A program made the position numbers and the translations under genes. The notes under the pieces are model-generated. The model was not told the origin of the DNA. It did not search any database and saw only the letters and a program-made list of their open reading frames with translations. This document shows, one piece after another, positions 17,095 to 27,008 of a DNA stretch of 64,000 nucleotides. The stretch is from the IMG/VR virus record IMGVR_UViG_3300042350_004528, positions 1-64,000 of that record; one strand, written 5' to 3'. Position 1 is the stretch's first letter, and each line of letters opens with the position of its first letter.

Positions 17095-17831
17095 TATGAT
17101 AATAGTTTAATTTTATAGTGTTCAATAAGCATTTCAGCTTCTCTTTTCATATACCCAATTGGTATCAATCTGAATGTTTGTGTAAATTTATCCCAATAAA
17201 ATAAACCACCTCTGTTAAATTTTCTACCCGTCTCTCTTTCGTACATCACACCATACACCGATAACTGCAATGTGTAATCATTATATTGGCAATGTGGTAA
17301 ATGGCTCACTGGAAAATGTAAATATTCCCCATATCTATTTTCAAACTCAAACTTTTTATTCGTTTTGAAATCCCATACATTAAACATGTTGTTCGGTAAA
17401 TCCTCAATAATGTCAGATGTACCAGCAATACCCTTTTCTGGGGTAAACTCAATTGACATTATATGTTCTGGTTTAATGTCATCATTTTGTAAAAGATTCA
17501 ACCCCTCCTCATCACAAACCATTCTAAAAGCATTTATAACGCTTCTTTCAAAATCGTCTCTAGGTGAGTATAATCTTTTTGGGGCCAATAAGAATCTTTC
17601 AAGAATTTCATGTAAGTTTGTTCCATACTCATTGGCCAATCTGTTAATCTCTCGCCATTCGGCAATAATTTCTTGTTTTGTCACACCTTTCTTCTGCGCA
17701 ACTCTTTCTGCGTGATAATCCTCATCGAATTTATCTTTGTAATTACCCAACATAGTTGTAACCGAAGTGTATTTGCAATTCGGCGCTAAATCATTCACAT
17801 ATGTATGTGTTTCTGCTATTAATCTAATCAT
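17094..17831 (-). CDS. PD-(D/E)xK (RecB-like) exonuclease
   Basis: SVTT, GTNLH, AGTSD, DFKT, QLSVY. Confidence 0.88.
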   Translation of the reverse strand: MIRLIAETHTYVNDLAPNCKYTSVTTMLGNYKDKFDEDYHAERVAQKKGVTKQEIIAEWREINRLANEYGTNLHEILERFLLAPKRLYSPRDDFERSVINAFRMVCDEEGLNLLQNDDIKPEHIMSIEFTPEKGIAGTSDIIEDLPNNMFNVWDFKTNKKFEFENRYGEYLHFPVSHLPHCQYNDYTLQLSVYGVMYERETGRKFNRGGLFYWDKFTQTFRLIPIGYMKREAEMLIEHYKIKLLS

Positions 17832-18801
17832 TTAATCTATAATTTTTTTGTTTAAGCCATGTTTTTAATTGTTCTTGACCATATGTTTGGTTGAAACTCG
17901 ACACATCATGGTCTGATGGCATCAAATTTAATAAAATTTTCTTTCTTAACCTACCAGCATTTAATTTATTAAAGATTTTTACAGAATCTTCATATGCATC
18001 TGGGTCTAAAACTATAATAATAAGGTTATTAGCCTTAAAATAAAGTTCGGAAAATAATTTATCATAAAGTTTTTTACCGAGTAATGGAATGCTATTAGGA
18101 ATTACTATGTGGTCAAAGGCACCCTCAACCAGAAATATAGCTTTATCCCAATTAATTAAATTCTCATTAAAAATTATCTCGGTTTTATCTACCTCAGGAT
18201 TGAGGTATTTGTATTTTTTTGTGTACTTTGAAATTGATCTTGTAACGAAATAGTTAAGATCACCTTCTTTATCAAAAGATGGTATAACAACTCGATTTTG
18301 GTATTTACCACCTAAGCAAAACCCTATTTGGTATTTTTCAATCATCTCATCCGTGATACCGCGACCATATAGATAAGAAAATGCGGGTTTAAAATCACGG
18401 TAATTTTGTTTACCAACTAACTGAAAATACTCACTTGGTAGTTTTAAAACTTCTTTTTTAGGTACAAATTCTTTAGCAGTGTAATAGTCGCCAGTGAATG
18501 TAAACTTGCCACCGATAAAGCGCCTTAAAAGCTCTCTATCCGCAAATTCTTTAAATAAATTATAAATTTTACCCTTGGTTCCATGTGTCTCGGCGCACGA
18601 CCAACAATTATAGACACCCATGTCATAATTAACCTCGAGATTTCCCTTACCGTCAAATTCAACACCCTTCATAGCTGAACAACTGGGGCAATCAAAAGAA
18701 ACCTGGCCTTTACTTGCATAGTGCTTCCTAGGCTCACCAAGAAATTCTTCAAGGAGTTGAATTAGTTGTTCGTGTTTTCTATCAGTGTCCAAATCGTACA
18801 T
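17824..18801 (-). CDS. dnaG: DNA primase (zinc finger + Toprim)
   Basis: CPSC...CWSC, YLYGRG, RVVIP, KYLNP, VEGAFD, LDPDA. Confidence 0.92.
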   Translation of the reverse strand: MYDLDTDRKHEQLIQLLEEFLGEPRKHYASKGQVSFDCPSCSAMKGVEFDGKGNLEVNYDMGVYNCWSCAETHGTKGKIYNLFKEFADRELLRRFIGGKFTFTGDYYTAKEFVPKKEVLKLPSEYFQLVGKQNYRDFKPAFSYLYGRGITDEMIEKYQIGFCLGGKYQNRVVIPSFDKEGDLNYFVTRSISKYTKKYKYLNPEVDKTEIIFNENLINWDKAIFLVEGAFDHIVIPNSIPLLGKKLYDKLFSELYFKANNLIIIVLDPDAYEDSVKIFNKLNAGRLRKKILLNLMPSDHDVSSFNQTYGQEQLKTWLKQKNYRLND

Positions 18802-18817
18802 TAAAGCCTATTTCAGG

Positions 18818-18849
18818 CAAAAATAGACAATTAATTTAAGAAAACCAAA
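18818..18849 (-). promoter_or_regulatory. Bacteroidota consensus promoter (TTTG-N20-TATTTTTG) upstream of primase
   Basis: Exact match to the -33/-7 consensus in a 49-nt intergenic gap. Confidence 0.7.
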
Positions 18850-18850
18850 T

Positions 18851-19450
18851 TTACTCGAAAATATTTTTAATGTGGGCGAACGACAAACAAACAGTGTAAG
18901 CGTCACTCATATCAAAATTTTCTTTTTTTAATTGGCCTTTTTTGTCTAAAAGCCAACTAATTTTTGGTTCTCGTTTGGATACCTTTTCCCAGATAACTCG
19001 TTTTTTGTCTATTTCTTTTGGATACGCCCCGAATAAAACAATTTTACCAGTTGCACCTGGTTGCATTAATTCTGGAAAAGCGTTTTTCCTCGCTTCATAT
19101 GTACTAATATATTCTGGTGTCACACCAAGTTTGTCATAGCATATTTTTGTGACCATACCATTAAACCTTAATAAAGTACCAACTGTGTTTACGTTGTTCG
19201 ATCTTAATAGTGGTTCTTCAATTAAAATGTGCTTAACATTCATTTTTGAATATTTTTCAATAAATTCGGAAAACAAATCAGCTTTTTTTATTAATTCCTC
19301 AGTTTTACTTTCTGGTGTTGGTTTTGCTTTTGGCGAAATATGTGTTAGTTCTAAAAGTTGCCCTTTACTATTAAAAAGTGCAACGCCAATTGTTTTTGTT
19401 GATACATCAAGTCCAAGTAAGTAGTAATCTTCTTGTATCTCTTTTTTCAT
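18851..19450 (-). CDS. ruvC: RuvC-like Holliday junction resolvase
   Basis: LGLDVSTKTIG, ILIEE, DMSDA. Confidence 0.85.
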   Translation of the reverse strand: MKKEIQEDYYLLGLDVSTKTIGVALFNSKGQLLELTHISPKAKPTPESKTEELIKKADLFSEFIEKYSKMNVKHILIEEPLLRSNNVNTVGTLLRFNGMVTKICYDKLGVTPEYISTYEARKNAFPELMQPGATGKIVLFGAYPKEIDKKRVIWEKVSKREPKISWLLDKKGQLKKENFDMSDAYTVCLSFAHIKNIFE

Positions 19451-19460
19451 AAAAATTAAA

Positions 19461-21320
19461 TTATAATCTTATTTTGACATTAAATGACACAACATCATAC
19501 CAATACTTTTTAATTGGTTGTGTTGGTTTACATACAGCTAATAAATTACCCTCTGCGTCATGAATGCCTAATTGTGTTATTATTATCGGATATAGGTTTT
19601 GGTCTTCAGTTTTTAAATTTGCGAAATCAGCAGTCGCAACTGTATTCATTAGCTCTTTTGCTGTATCATTTGTTGATTTAAAAAACTCATCTGACGATGC
19701 CAAACAAACAATATTTAATGATTTTTCTGTGTTGTAACTTATATATTGTGCTCCCGCATCTAAAGTATAAAGTGTTCCTCCAGTTGGATCGAACACAAAT
19801 TGTGTACTATCCCAAACAACGTTAGAATTTTCATCGAGTGTGGTGATCATTTCAGCTGGATCTGTTTTTACAAAACCTCTGGTAGTTCCAGTTGCTGGTG
19901 TTCCATTCACATCATAATTTTTATTAGCGGTAAATAATGAGGCGGTACTAGATTTTGTAACAGTTCCACTAAATACGTTTCTAAAATATGAATCGACTAC
20001 CTTTGGGTGGGTGACAACAATAAACCCTTTATCTAGTGCAACAAATCCAATACACTCATCATTATTGTAATCATACACAGCCTTTTCTTGTGAATTTGGG
20101 TTAAACACTCTTGTCCCGTCTATTAAATCTGTGTAACCAGCCGACCAAGAACCGAAGTTAGCTCCAGATGGTACTTTAATTCTATCTGAAAATAAAGGTA
20201 CAACGTTACTTTCGTATGTGGTTGTTATTAAATCTGGTCTAATCCCAATATCTTTAACAGAAAAATCAATCTCACTTAAAACTCTATCTAAGTTTCTTGT
20301 TGTTAGATTTTTCTTATTATATGTCCCATATGCTTCCAGTTGTACTGGCGTGACACCATAGGTATAAAAACCTAATCTAGCGTCAACAACATTAGAGGTG
20401 GTTCCAGTATAATAAGGTAGTTCGAATTTAACAGATTTACCATCTATTAACTCACCATATGCACCGTTAGGAATTTCAAATATCAAATATAATTCATTTT
20501 GTATCGGTAAGGCAGCTTTATTTGTTGGTGTATAGTCATACGAACCTACTGGTTGTAATGCCGTTCCGTAGTACTCACCAGTATACCCAGTTGTTGGGTG
20601 GACAACTAAATTTACGGAGGTTGCACCAGTTGTTGTGTGAGGAGTCCAAATATATTTTGTATTATCAATTATTGTATCATATGTCGTTCCACTTGTTATC
20701 GATAAAGTACCATATTGGCTCCTAGTATATTTTTTCATTTCCTCATCGGAAACTGGTAAATTTAATGATTTTAATAAGTTCGCAAAAATAGTATTAGTAT
20801 CATTTCTTTTTACAAACATACCTCGAATAAAATTTGTTGGGTATGTAGACCCAGTTACTTTATGTGTAACACTAACTATACCATCATCTAAATCAAATGG
20901 AATTGACTCATTAACAACAACAGCGCTTTCAATTGGTTTTAATACAGAGTAAACCGATGGGTTAACATCATACTCAATATAACCTCTACAATCACCCCCG
21001 AATTGGGATGTTGAAAATGACAAATCCTGATATTGTAATATCATAAAATTAGCAAAACCATCCGCCTCTTGTACAGATTCTTGTGACGTATTTTGTTCAA
21101 AACTCTGAAAAAAAGCTGGAACAGTGTTTGTTGATATTGCATTTAATTTGGTTTTTAAACCACTAGTTGATGGTACATCTGTATGTACAATTAAAACTTG
21201 TTGGTTAATTGTTGGTGTGTAGGTTGGTAAAGAATTTAAATAAAAAGTGGCCAAACCGTCAGCACCACCGTTTGTTTTTCTTCTATAAAATGGAATTCTT
21301 ACTTTTAATATTGCGCTCAT
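19461..21320 (-). CDS. virion baseplate/fibre protein with the C-terminal half of a tail-collar (DUF3751-like) domain
   Basis: ITQLGIHDAEGNLLAVCKPTQPIKK; paralogous to the C-terminus of 24260..26974. Confidence 0.65.
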   Translation of the reverse strand: MSAILKVRIPFYRRKTNGGADGLATFYLNSLPTYTPTINQQVLIVHTDVPSTSGLKTKLNAISTNTVPAFFQSFEQNTSQESVQEADGFANFMILQYQDLSFSTSQFGGDCRGYIEYDVNPSVYSVLKPIESAVVVNESIPFDLDDGIVSVTHKVTGSTYPTNFIRGMFVKRNDTNTIFANLLKSLNLPVSDEEMKKYTRSQYGTLSITSGTTYDTIIDNTKYIWTPHTTTGATSVNLVVHPTTGYTGEYYGTALQPVGSYDYTPTNKAALPIQNELYLIFEIPNGAYGELIDGKSVKFELPYYTGTTSNVVDARLGFYTYGVTPVQLEAYGTYNKKNLTTRNLDRVLSEIDFSVKDIGIRPDLITTTYESNVVPLFSDRIKVPSGANFGSWSAGYTDLIDGTRVFNPNSQEKAVYDYNNDECIGFVALDKGFIVVTHPKVVDSYFRNVFSGTVTKSSTASLFTANKNYDVNGTPATGTTRGFVKTDPAEMITTLDENSNVVWDSTQFVFDPTGGTLYTLDAGAQYISYNTEKSLNIVCLASSDEFFKSTNDTAKELMNTVATADFANLKTEDQNLYPIIITQLGIHDAEGNLLAVCKPTQPIKKYWYDVVSFNVKIRL

Positions 21321-21325
21321 TTTAA

Positions 21326-21568
21326 TTATTGTCTAATAATTTGATTTTTTATTGTAACATTTTTGGATAAAGAGTAAACATTATCATTATAATCTCCTGT
21401 CAAATCACTAACCATTTGTGTAACAAATAGATTAGCGTTATAATTAACATCCTCATCCGATATTGAAAATGAACTTGGGATGAACCCTTGCTCAAGAAGT
21501 CTTCTTCGACCTAAATCCGTTAAGTAAACTTTCATTTCAACGGTGGTTCCTGTATCTATTAAACCCAT
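21326..21568 (-). CDS. small virion protein, N-terminal half of a tail-collar-like domain
   Basis: VYLTDLGRRRL...FSISDEDVNY, paralogous to the N-termini of 23674..24258 and 24260..26974. Confidence 0.65.
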   Translation of the reverse strand: MGLIDTGTTVEMKVYLTDLGRRRLLEQGFIPSSFSISDEDVNYNANLFVTQMVSDLTGDYNDNVYSLSKNVTIKNQIIRQ

Positions 21569-21606
21569 TTTATCGTTTTTTTAATTTTAGTTATTGTTTT
21601 TTATTA

Positions 21607-21613
21607 ATAAATA
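21607..21613 (-). promoter_or_regulatory. TATTTAT putative late promoter element
   Basis: Intergenic, upstream of 21568. Confidence 0.45.
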
Positions 21614-21618
21614 GTTTC

Positions 21619-22176
21619 TTATGAAATTTTTATTGGTTTTTGGAAAACAGATTTAGTACCCACTTTATTTATAAAACTTGTAGTTGGTACTTTATTATTA
21701 AATGTACCCTGATACAATTCAGTATTTGGTACCAATGAACCAGACACCGTTAATTGTGTATTTGAATAATTATTATGTACTTTTTTATGATATAACTTTA
21801 ACGTTCTAGTGCTTTCAATATTTAAAATATGATATACATTTGGATTCATATTTAAATCATCGGCGGTGGCGTCCATAAAATAAATTAAATCGTAAGCAAA
21901 TTTGTATTTTTTTGCTAATTCATGAAATAATTTAAAGAATTCTGTTAAATCATCTAAATCAACAATTTTTTCAGCCATCACAAAAAAATCAATGTCGTTG
22001 TAAGTTGAGGCTGATTTTGTGATATATGCTAAATACCCACCAGACAAATAAACTTCAAAATTATAATTGCTGTTTAATTGTTTAAATTCAATAATAAATT
22101 GATCGTATTCGTTTTTTCTTAGGGGATCATTTATCACCACATCGGAACGATCTTTAAAATAATAAGTATATCTCAT
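21619..22176 (-). CDS. Pol-beta superfamily nucleotidyltransferase (185 aa; start moved to the ATG at 22176)
   Basis: VYLSGGY...YNDIDFFV with a third acidic residue in YDLIY; ATG 4 nt after the upstream stop. Confidence 0.7.
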   Translation of the reverse strand: MRYTYYFKDRSDVVINDPLRKNEYDQFIIEFKQLNSNYNFEVYLSGGYLAYITKSASTYNDIDFFVMAEKIVDLDDLTEFFKLFHELAKKYKFAYDLIYFMDATADDLNMNPNVYHILNIESTRTLKLYHKKVHNNYSNTQLTVSGSLVPNTELYQGTFNNKVPTTSFINKVGTKSVFQKPIKIS

Positions 22177-22180
22177 AAAA

Positions 22181-22846
22181 TTAATAACCAAAACCACTGG
22201 TACCAGATGTTGAGGGGGCCAACGATTGAGGAACATAGCCAGTGTTAATTGTGTTTATTGTAAGAACCAACGTATCGTTAATCGCTTGCGTATATTCTCT
22301 ATTAGCAAAACATTTTATATTAAAAGATATGTCAATAGTTCCTTTTGTTTTATTTGGGTTTAAATTTGATTTACCAAAGTAATGAATGTCTAATCTATTT
22401 AAATTTAAAACTGTATAACTTGCTGACATTTCTAATGATTGAAATGGATTTAAAATTATATTGGATCCGTTAACATATTCATTTAATCTACCAATAGTTA
22501 ATTTACCAATCGTTTGGCGCCTAAAACTTAAAATATAATCTTCATATGTGTAATTACCAACAACTCTTGTTTCACTTAAAACCGAAGTTAAATTCGCTGA
22601 AGGATAACCATTTTCCCTTCGCATTCTAATTGAATTGAAATATAATCCGTTAAAATAGATCGGTTTATTATTTTTATTTAAAATATAAAATAATCCATCG
22701 TTATAGGATGTATAGGATTTTCCTAATTCAGTTACGCTAACACCGTGTGTATTAATATAAAAATCAGCTTTTTTGATCATAAAATCAAAAACTGGTTGTT
22801 TTTCGTTTATCCTACTGTATAACTGTGTATATACTAATGAAGCCAT
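22181..22846 (-). CDS. putative virion structural protein (221 aa)
   Basis: Beta-rich N/T/Y composition; within the baseplate cluster. Confidence 0.6.
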   Translation of the reverse strand: MASLVYTQLYSRINEKQPVFDFMIKKADFYINTHGVSVTELGKSYTSYNDGLFYILNKNNKPIYFNGLYFNSIRMRRENGYPSANLTSVLSETRVVGNYTYEDYILSFRRQTIGKLTIGRLNEYVNGSNIILNPFQSLEMSASYTVLNLNRLDIHYFGKSNLNPNKTKGTIDISFNIKCFANREYTQAINDTLVLTINTINTGYVPQSLAPSTSGTSGFGY

Positions 22847-22847
22847 A

Positions 22848-23681
22848 TTATGAAACGTTAGAATTACTTGAAGGCGAAAGGGCTTGCTCGTAATATGTGA
22901 GCGTATTTGACATTAATTCAACCGCCTCAGATGTTGCGTATGTACCAGTACCCGCAACCCCAATATTATAATATCTTATTGTAAGTTTATAGGTTTTACT
23001 ATTTACTGCAACCTCATCAAAATTTGGGAATTCCGCACTAACCCTAAAATTATATTTTTCTGGAGCCGTTTGATAACCATTAAATAAGGTATTTACTGTT
23101 GTTGTACCAGTATATGCCATGTCCACACAATCTTCGCTATTTAATCCAGTTGTTAATTCAATACCATAACCACCAGTGCTAATCGTGCTAGTTTTGTCAG
23201 CGCCTGTAACAGCAACCCAGTTACCTCCAGAGTATTTTTCCAAATTAGAAAGTTCCATTGGTATCATATTTCCACCAATAGTCACATATAATTTAACACG
23301 TAATCTATCTAAAATTTTTTTAGTGTTTGTCGCATTTATACCTGGTAATGTATAACCACTTAATGTTGAGCCGTAAAATCTAAAATAAAATGTAAACCTA
23401 TTGTAATACATTTTATTTGCTATTAAACCATCTTTAATTGAAAATTCTGAGTATTTGTAAATTGAATTTGATTTTTGTAAAGAATTTGAACCGATAATAC
23501 TAGTGGGTTCCTGGTATCTAACATTTTTTAAATCAAATAAATTTGATTCCGCTTTATTAGCTGGGAAAAAATCATTATCAAACAATAATTGTGACGTGTA
23601 ATTAACGGTTGTTAAAGTAACATTTGGTTTATAAGTCAAATATAAACCGTTAATACCTTTTATGTTGAATTGTTTACTCAT
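22848..23681 (-). CDS. putative virion structural protein (277 aa)
   Basis: T/G/N-rich; within the baseplate cluster. Confidence 0.6.
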   Translation of the reverse strand: MSKQFNIKGINGLYLTYKPNVTLTTVNYTSQLLFDNDFFPANKAESNLFDLKNVRYQEPTSIIGSNSLQKSNSIYKYSEFSIKDGLIANKMYYNRFTFYFRFYGSTLSGYTLPGINATNTKKILDRLRVKLYVTIGGNMIPMELSNLEKYSGGNWVAVTGADKTSTISTGGYGIELTTGLNSEDCVDMAYTGTTTVNTLFNGYQTAPEKYNFRVSAEFPNFDEVAVNSKTYKLTIRYYNIGVAGTGTYATSEAVELMSNTLTYYEQALSPSSNSNVS

Positions 23682-24258
23682 TATTAATATAGGTTAATAT
23701 TTCAAGTGTTTGATTTGATGTTAAATCAGGTTCATACATTAAATATTCTTTTTGGGTTGTTGTTTTAATTCCAAATAAAGCTCTTTTATAAATTAAATTA
23801 TCTACTTTTTTACCCCTAAGTGGCACTTGAACAAAAACGTCATTTATATAATCATCATTTTGTGATGAACCGTTTGCCAAAGATGTTTTGTAACCACTTA
23901 CGTGGTTTATTGTTGGTATTGGCTGTAATGATATATTTGTTGAATTAAATACCCTTATTTTATCCCAATAAGCGCTATTTGTTGGAACGTATTCGGTTGA
24001 TGGCGATGAAGGGTTAATCGAAACTTTTTTATAAAAATTACCAGAATATTTAACAATACTTCCAACACTATAAGTTGTCCCCGTAACCCAAGTTAAAACC
24101 TCATTTTGTGAAGGATCAAAAATTTGATAATTAGCATCAGAATCCACTAAAGAGAAATATGCTATGGAATCTTTGAACCCTCCGTCAAAAAATTTTTCTT
24201 TACCTAAATCAGTTAGGTAAACCTCAAAAGTGTTTGTATTGTCGTATATAAATCCCAT
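23674..24258 (-). CDS. virion protein with tail-collar-like N-terminus and a CBM5/12-like module
   Basis: VYLTDLGKEKF; WVTGTTYSVGSIVKYSGNFY...W. Confidence 0.6.
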   Translation of the reverse strand: MGFIYDNTNTFEVYLTDLGKEKFFDGGFKDSIAYFSLVDSDANYQIFDPSQNEVLTWVTGTTYSVGSIVKYSGNFYKKVSINPSSPSTEYVPTNSAYWDKIRVFNSTNISLQPIPTINHVSGYKTSLANGSSQNDDYINDVFVQVPLRGKKVDNLIYKRALFGIKTTTQKEYLMYEPDLTSNQTLEILTYINNE

Positions 24259-24259
24259 T

Positions 24260-26974
24260 TTAAAAATCTATTGTCGCTTGTATTATTAATACATCTGAGT
24301 TATATTTTCTTGTTAGCGGCTGACTAAATTTACCGATTGCGACTAAATCACCGTCCGAATCATAAACAGCCATTTCAGTAAATGCAACTTTATCTTGTTC
24401 TGGGTTAAAAGTTGGATTTGAGGTGTTTATATATTTGTTTGGTAAAATATTACAAGTTATTAGGCTTTTGTAAATCGTTGCTTTTATATCAGTTTCTATA
24501 TTTCCAAAAAAGAAAGTTTCATCACCAAATGTATGCCCAGTAATATTACTAACTGATGGTAAAGAAATAAAGTCATTTATATCATATGTTGTACCCTCAC
24601 TAACATCTAATAAACTTTTATCTAAATTAACTCTTAAATTTTGTATGTTAGCTGCCGTTAGTGCATTGCTAATTGGGTTATTACCAGCACCAGCATTATC
24701 TAAATAAAATAATGATAATATTGATCCATCCGATGGGGTAAAAGTTAATTCAACTCGTCTTGTTGCGGTCGTACCAGTTGGTATAACCCCATAGTTATTT
24801 GCACTAATTAATTGACCATTATAAAATAAATAAACAACATTATTATTTGGTTGTTTATTTAAAGTTAAACATACAGTTGATCCAATTAAATAAATACCGT
24901 CATTAAAATCATTACCAATTGGCACCCCACCGATGGGTACTGTTATGTCTTGTCTTATAGTTGAGGATGTATTTGTTTCACCTATTAAATAATGAAACTG
25001 CATTACATCACCAGAAGTTAAAATACCCGATGTAAATTGAATAACAGATGTGTTATTTGGGCCGCTAAGTACATTTAATGGATATTTCCAATAATCACCA
25101 TCTGTACCTAAATTGGCGAATGATGAAGCTTGTTTTAAAATTAAACCATTTTGTGAAACTATAACATCACCAATTTCTTGTTCAGCTAACGTATATTGAT
25201 TTGTGACAAATGATGTTGGGTATATTGCCGTTTCATTTTTTAATTCAAAATTATCACAAAGTGATGTAATATTACTTAAACACCCAGTACCGCCAATAAA
25301 ATTATTAACATTTAAATAATTCCAATCTGCTGGGTTTGGTTTACCATTTACTGGGGTTTTTTGCCACAAAAGTAAAATAGATCCCGCTCTATAACCATAA
25401 CCTTCAGTATCATTAAAATCCATCAAAAACCCAAATTCGCTATAATTAGGGTCGCTTGAGTTTTTTGGAAACTCGAATATTACGTCTTTAACAGTACCGC
25501 TATTATTGTTTACGGTTGAATAGTTTTCACAATGTAACCCAGTTAATCCATCACTATCAGTAAATAAATAAGTAATATGTAAAGCCTCATTGTTTAATAA
25601 ACAACCTGTTAAATTAGATCCAGGGCAAACACCAGGTTCGGTTAAAGTTAATTTTGGTGTTGGTAATGTCCAATTTCTATTTGCTTTGTATGACATTACA
25701 GTTAATAACTCTTGATCCTCAATTATTATTATTTTTTGATCAATTAAAACTTTACCAACAACAGTTTTAATTGTTTCTTGATCCACCAAATCATAATATC
25801 TAATGGTATTATTTGTACCCATTGTTTTTAGTACAGAGTCACATAAAAACGTATAGCCAATTGAATCTGCTAAACTAACACCGCCAAATTGTTGTTTATG
25901 CCACATTATGTGCGGTATTTTTAATTTTAATGTATTTTTATAAAAACCTTCGGCGTAATAATTACTAACCGAGTTGTTTGTATAGTGTATAACACCAACT
26001 TTATCTATTAAATTATTTTCTAAAAAATAATCATAATTAATTGCGGTGCCCCAATAATTTCTAGATTCGGCGGTATATTTTCCTTTATAGGTTGTACTAT
26101 CTAATCCAATAACATCTTCAATTGTTAATATATTCATATTCCAAACTGGAACATCGTCATTTGATAATGTACAGTTTGAGGTAAAGTCAAGTAAACCTCC
26201 ACTCCAATACGCAATTGGAGTTTCGTTGTCATAATAATCTTTTATTGTATTTTTACCTGGATAAATAAATGCGTCAGCCAAATACGAATTAAAGTTTGGT
26301 AATTCCCTATCTAACTCAAATGTAACACCTGTGGTAAATCCAGTTGTAAAACCAGTTGTACTTCCAGTTGTTAAACCGCTTATATCAAAAATTCCATTTC
26401 CATTTATACTTTGTATAATGTACATTAAATATGGTACTGGGTAGCTCGTAATTTCTTCTGTTAATTCGTTTGAAACATATGAATTAGTGTAACCACTTGT
26501 TTTAAATTTAATAAATAAAAAATCACCTTTATTTATGCTTTCTCTATAAGAATTAACAACCGTCCTAGATGTGTCGTATAAAACAATTTCTGTCGCCGTT
26601 GTATGTGTTGAGCCTGTTAAATTACCTATTAACCAAAGAGATGTATCTAATTCTGTAACACCAGAATTTAAATTAAAATTAAAAAACCCCCTTTCTTTTG
26701 CGGCGGTATAAACTTCGTTTTGCACTGAAGTTAAAAGTGATATGGGTTGTTGATAAACCGTACCCTCATATGGTACCTGATATTGTATATCGTGTTGCCT
26801 ATCAACAGGACGTAAAACATTTATTAAAACTGGATTATCCGAACTATAATCCATTTCGCCATCACCAAGTGCAAATGTCGAAAAATTTAAACCTCCAGAT
26901 GATAAGTTTTTTCTACCCGTGTCGGTTAGTTTTAAATTTACTAAAGGGTCGGTTTTTTTTATAATGTAACTCAT
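24260..26974 (-). CDS. baseplate/tail-fibre protein (904 aa) with a DUF3751-like domain interrupted by a large insert
   Basis: N-terminal LTDTGRKNL..FALGDG; C-terminal TEMAVYDSDGDLVAIGKFSQPL. Confidence 0.7.
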   Translation of the reverse strand: MSYIIKKTDPLVNLKLTDTGRKNLSSGGLNFSTFALGDGEMDYSSDNPVLINVLRPVDRQHDIQYQVPYEGTVYQQPISLLTSVQNEVYTAAKERGFFNFNLNSGVTELDTSLWLIGNLTGSTHTTATEIVLYDTSRTVVNSYRESINKGDFLFIKFKTSGYTNSYVSNELTEEITSYPVPYLMYIIQSINGNGIFDISGLTTGSTTGFTTGFTTGVTFELDRELPNFNSYLADAFIYPGKNTIKDYYDNETPIAYWSGGLLDFTSNCTLSNDDVPVWNMNILTIEDVIGLDSTTYKGKYTAESRNYWGTAINYDYFLENNLIDKVGVIHYTNNSVSNYYAEGFYKNTLKLKIPHIMWHKQQFGGVSLADSIGYTFLCDSVLKTMGTNNTIRYYDLVDQETIKTVVGKVLIDQKIIIIEDQELLTVMSYKANRNWTLPTPKLTLTEPGVCPGSNLTGCLLNNEALHITYLFTDSDGLTGLHCENYSTVNNNSGTVKDVIFEFPKNSSDPNYSEFGFLMDFNDTEGYGYRAGSILLLWQKTPVNGKPNPADWNYLNVNNFIGGTGCLSNITSLCDNFELKNETAIYPTSFVTNQYTLAEQEIGDVIVSQNGLILKQASSFANLGTDGDYWKYPLNVLSGPNNTSVIQFTSGILTSGDVMQFHYLIGETNTSSTIRQDITVPIGGVPIGNDFNDGIYLIGSTVCLTLNKQPNNNVVYLFYNGQLISANNYGVIPTGTTATRRVELTFTPSDGSILSLFYLDNAGAGNNPISNALTAANIQNLRVNLDKSLLDVSEGTTYDINDFISLPSVSNITGHTFGDETFFFGNIETDIKATIYKSLITCNILPNKYINTSNPTFNPEQDKVAFTEMAVYDSDGDLVAIGKFSQPLTRKYNSDVLIIQATIDF
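26321..26380 (-). repeat. in-frame 12-nt tandem repeat encoding SGLT-TGST-TGFT-TGFT-TGVT
   Basis: Five consecutive [ST]GxT units. Confidence 0.8.
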
Positions 26975-26987
26975 TTACTATTTTACA

Positions 26988-26994
26988 ATAAATA
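26988..26994 (-). promoter_or_regulatory. TATTTAT putative late promoter element
   Basis: Intergenic, upstream of the 904-aa gene. Confidence 0.5.
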
Positions 26995-27008
26995 GATTTA
27001 TTTTAATT

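Noticed and set aside
17094-17831. Cas4 annotation for the exonuclease
   Set aside because: Lacks the four-Cys Fe-S cluster pattern; an ordinary PD-(D/E)xK nuclease in a recombination block
22177-22236. 20-aa N-terminal extension of the nucleotidyltransferase
   Set aside because: It overlaps the upstream gene; the ATG at 22176 with an A-rich leader fits the local gene packing better
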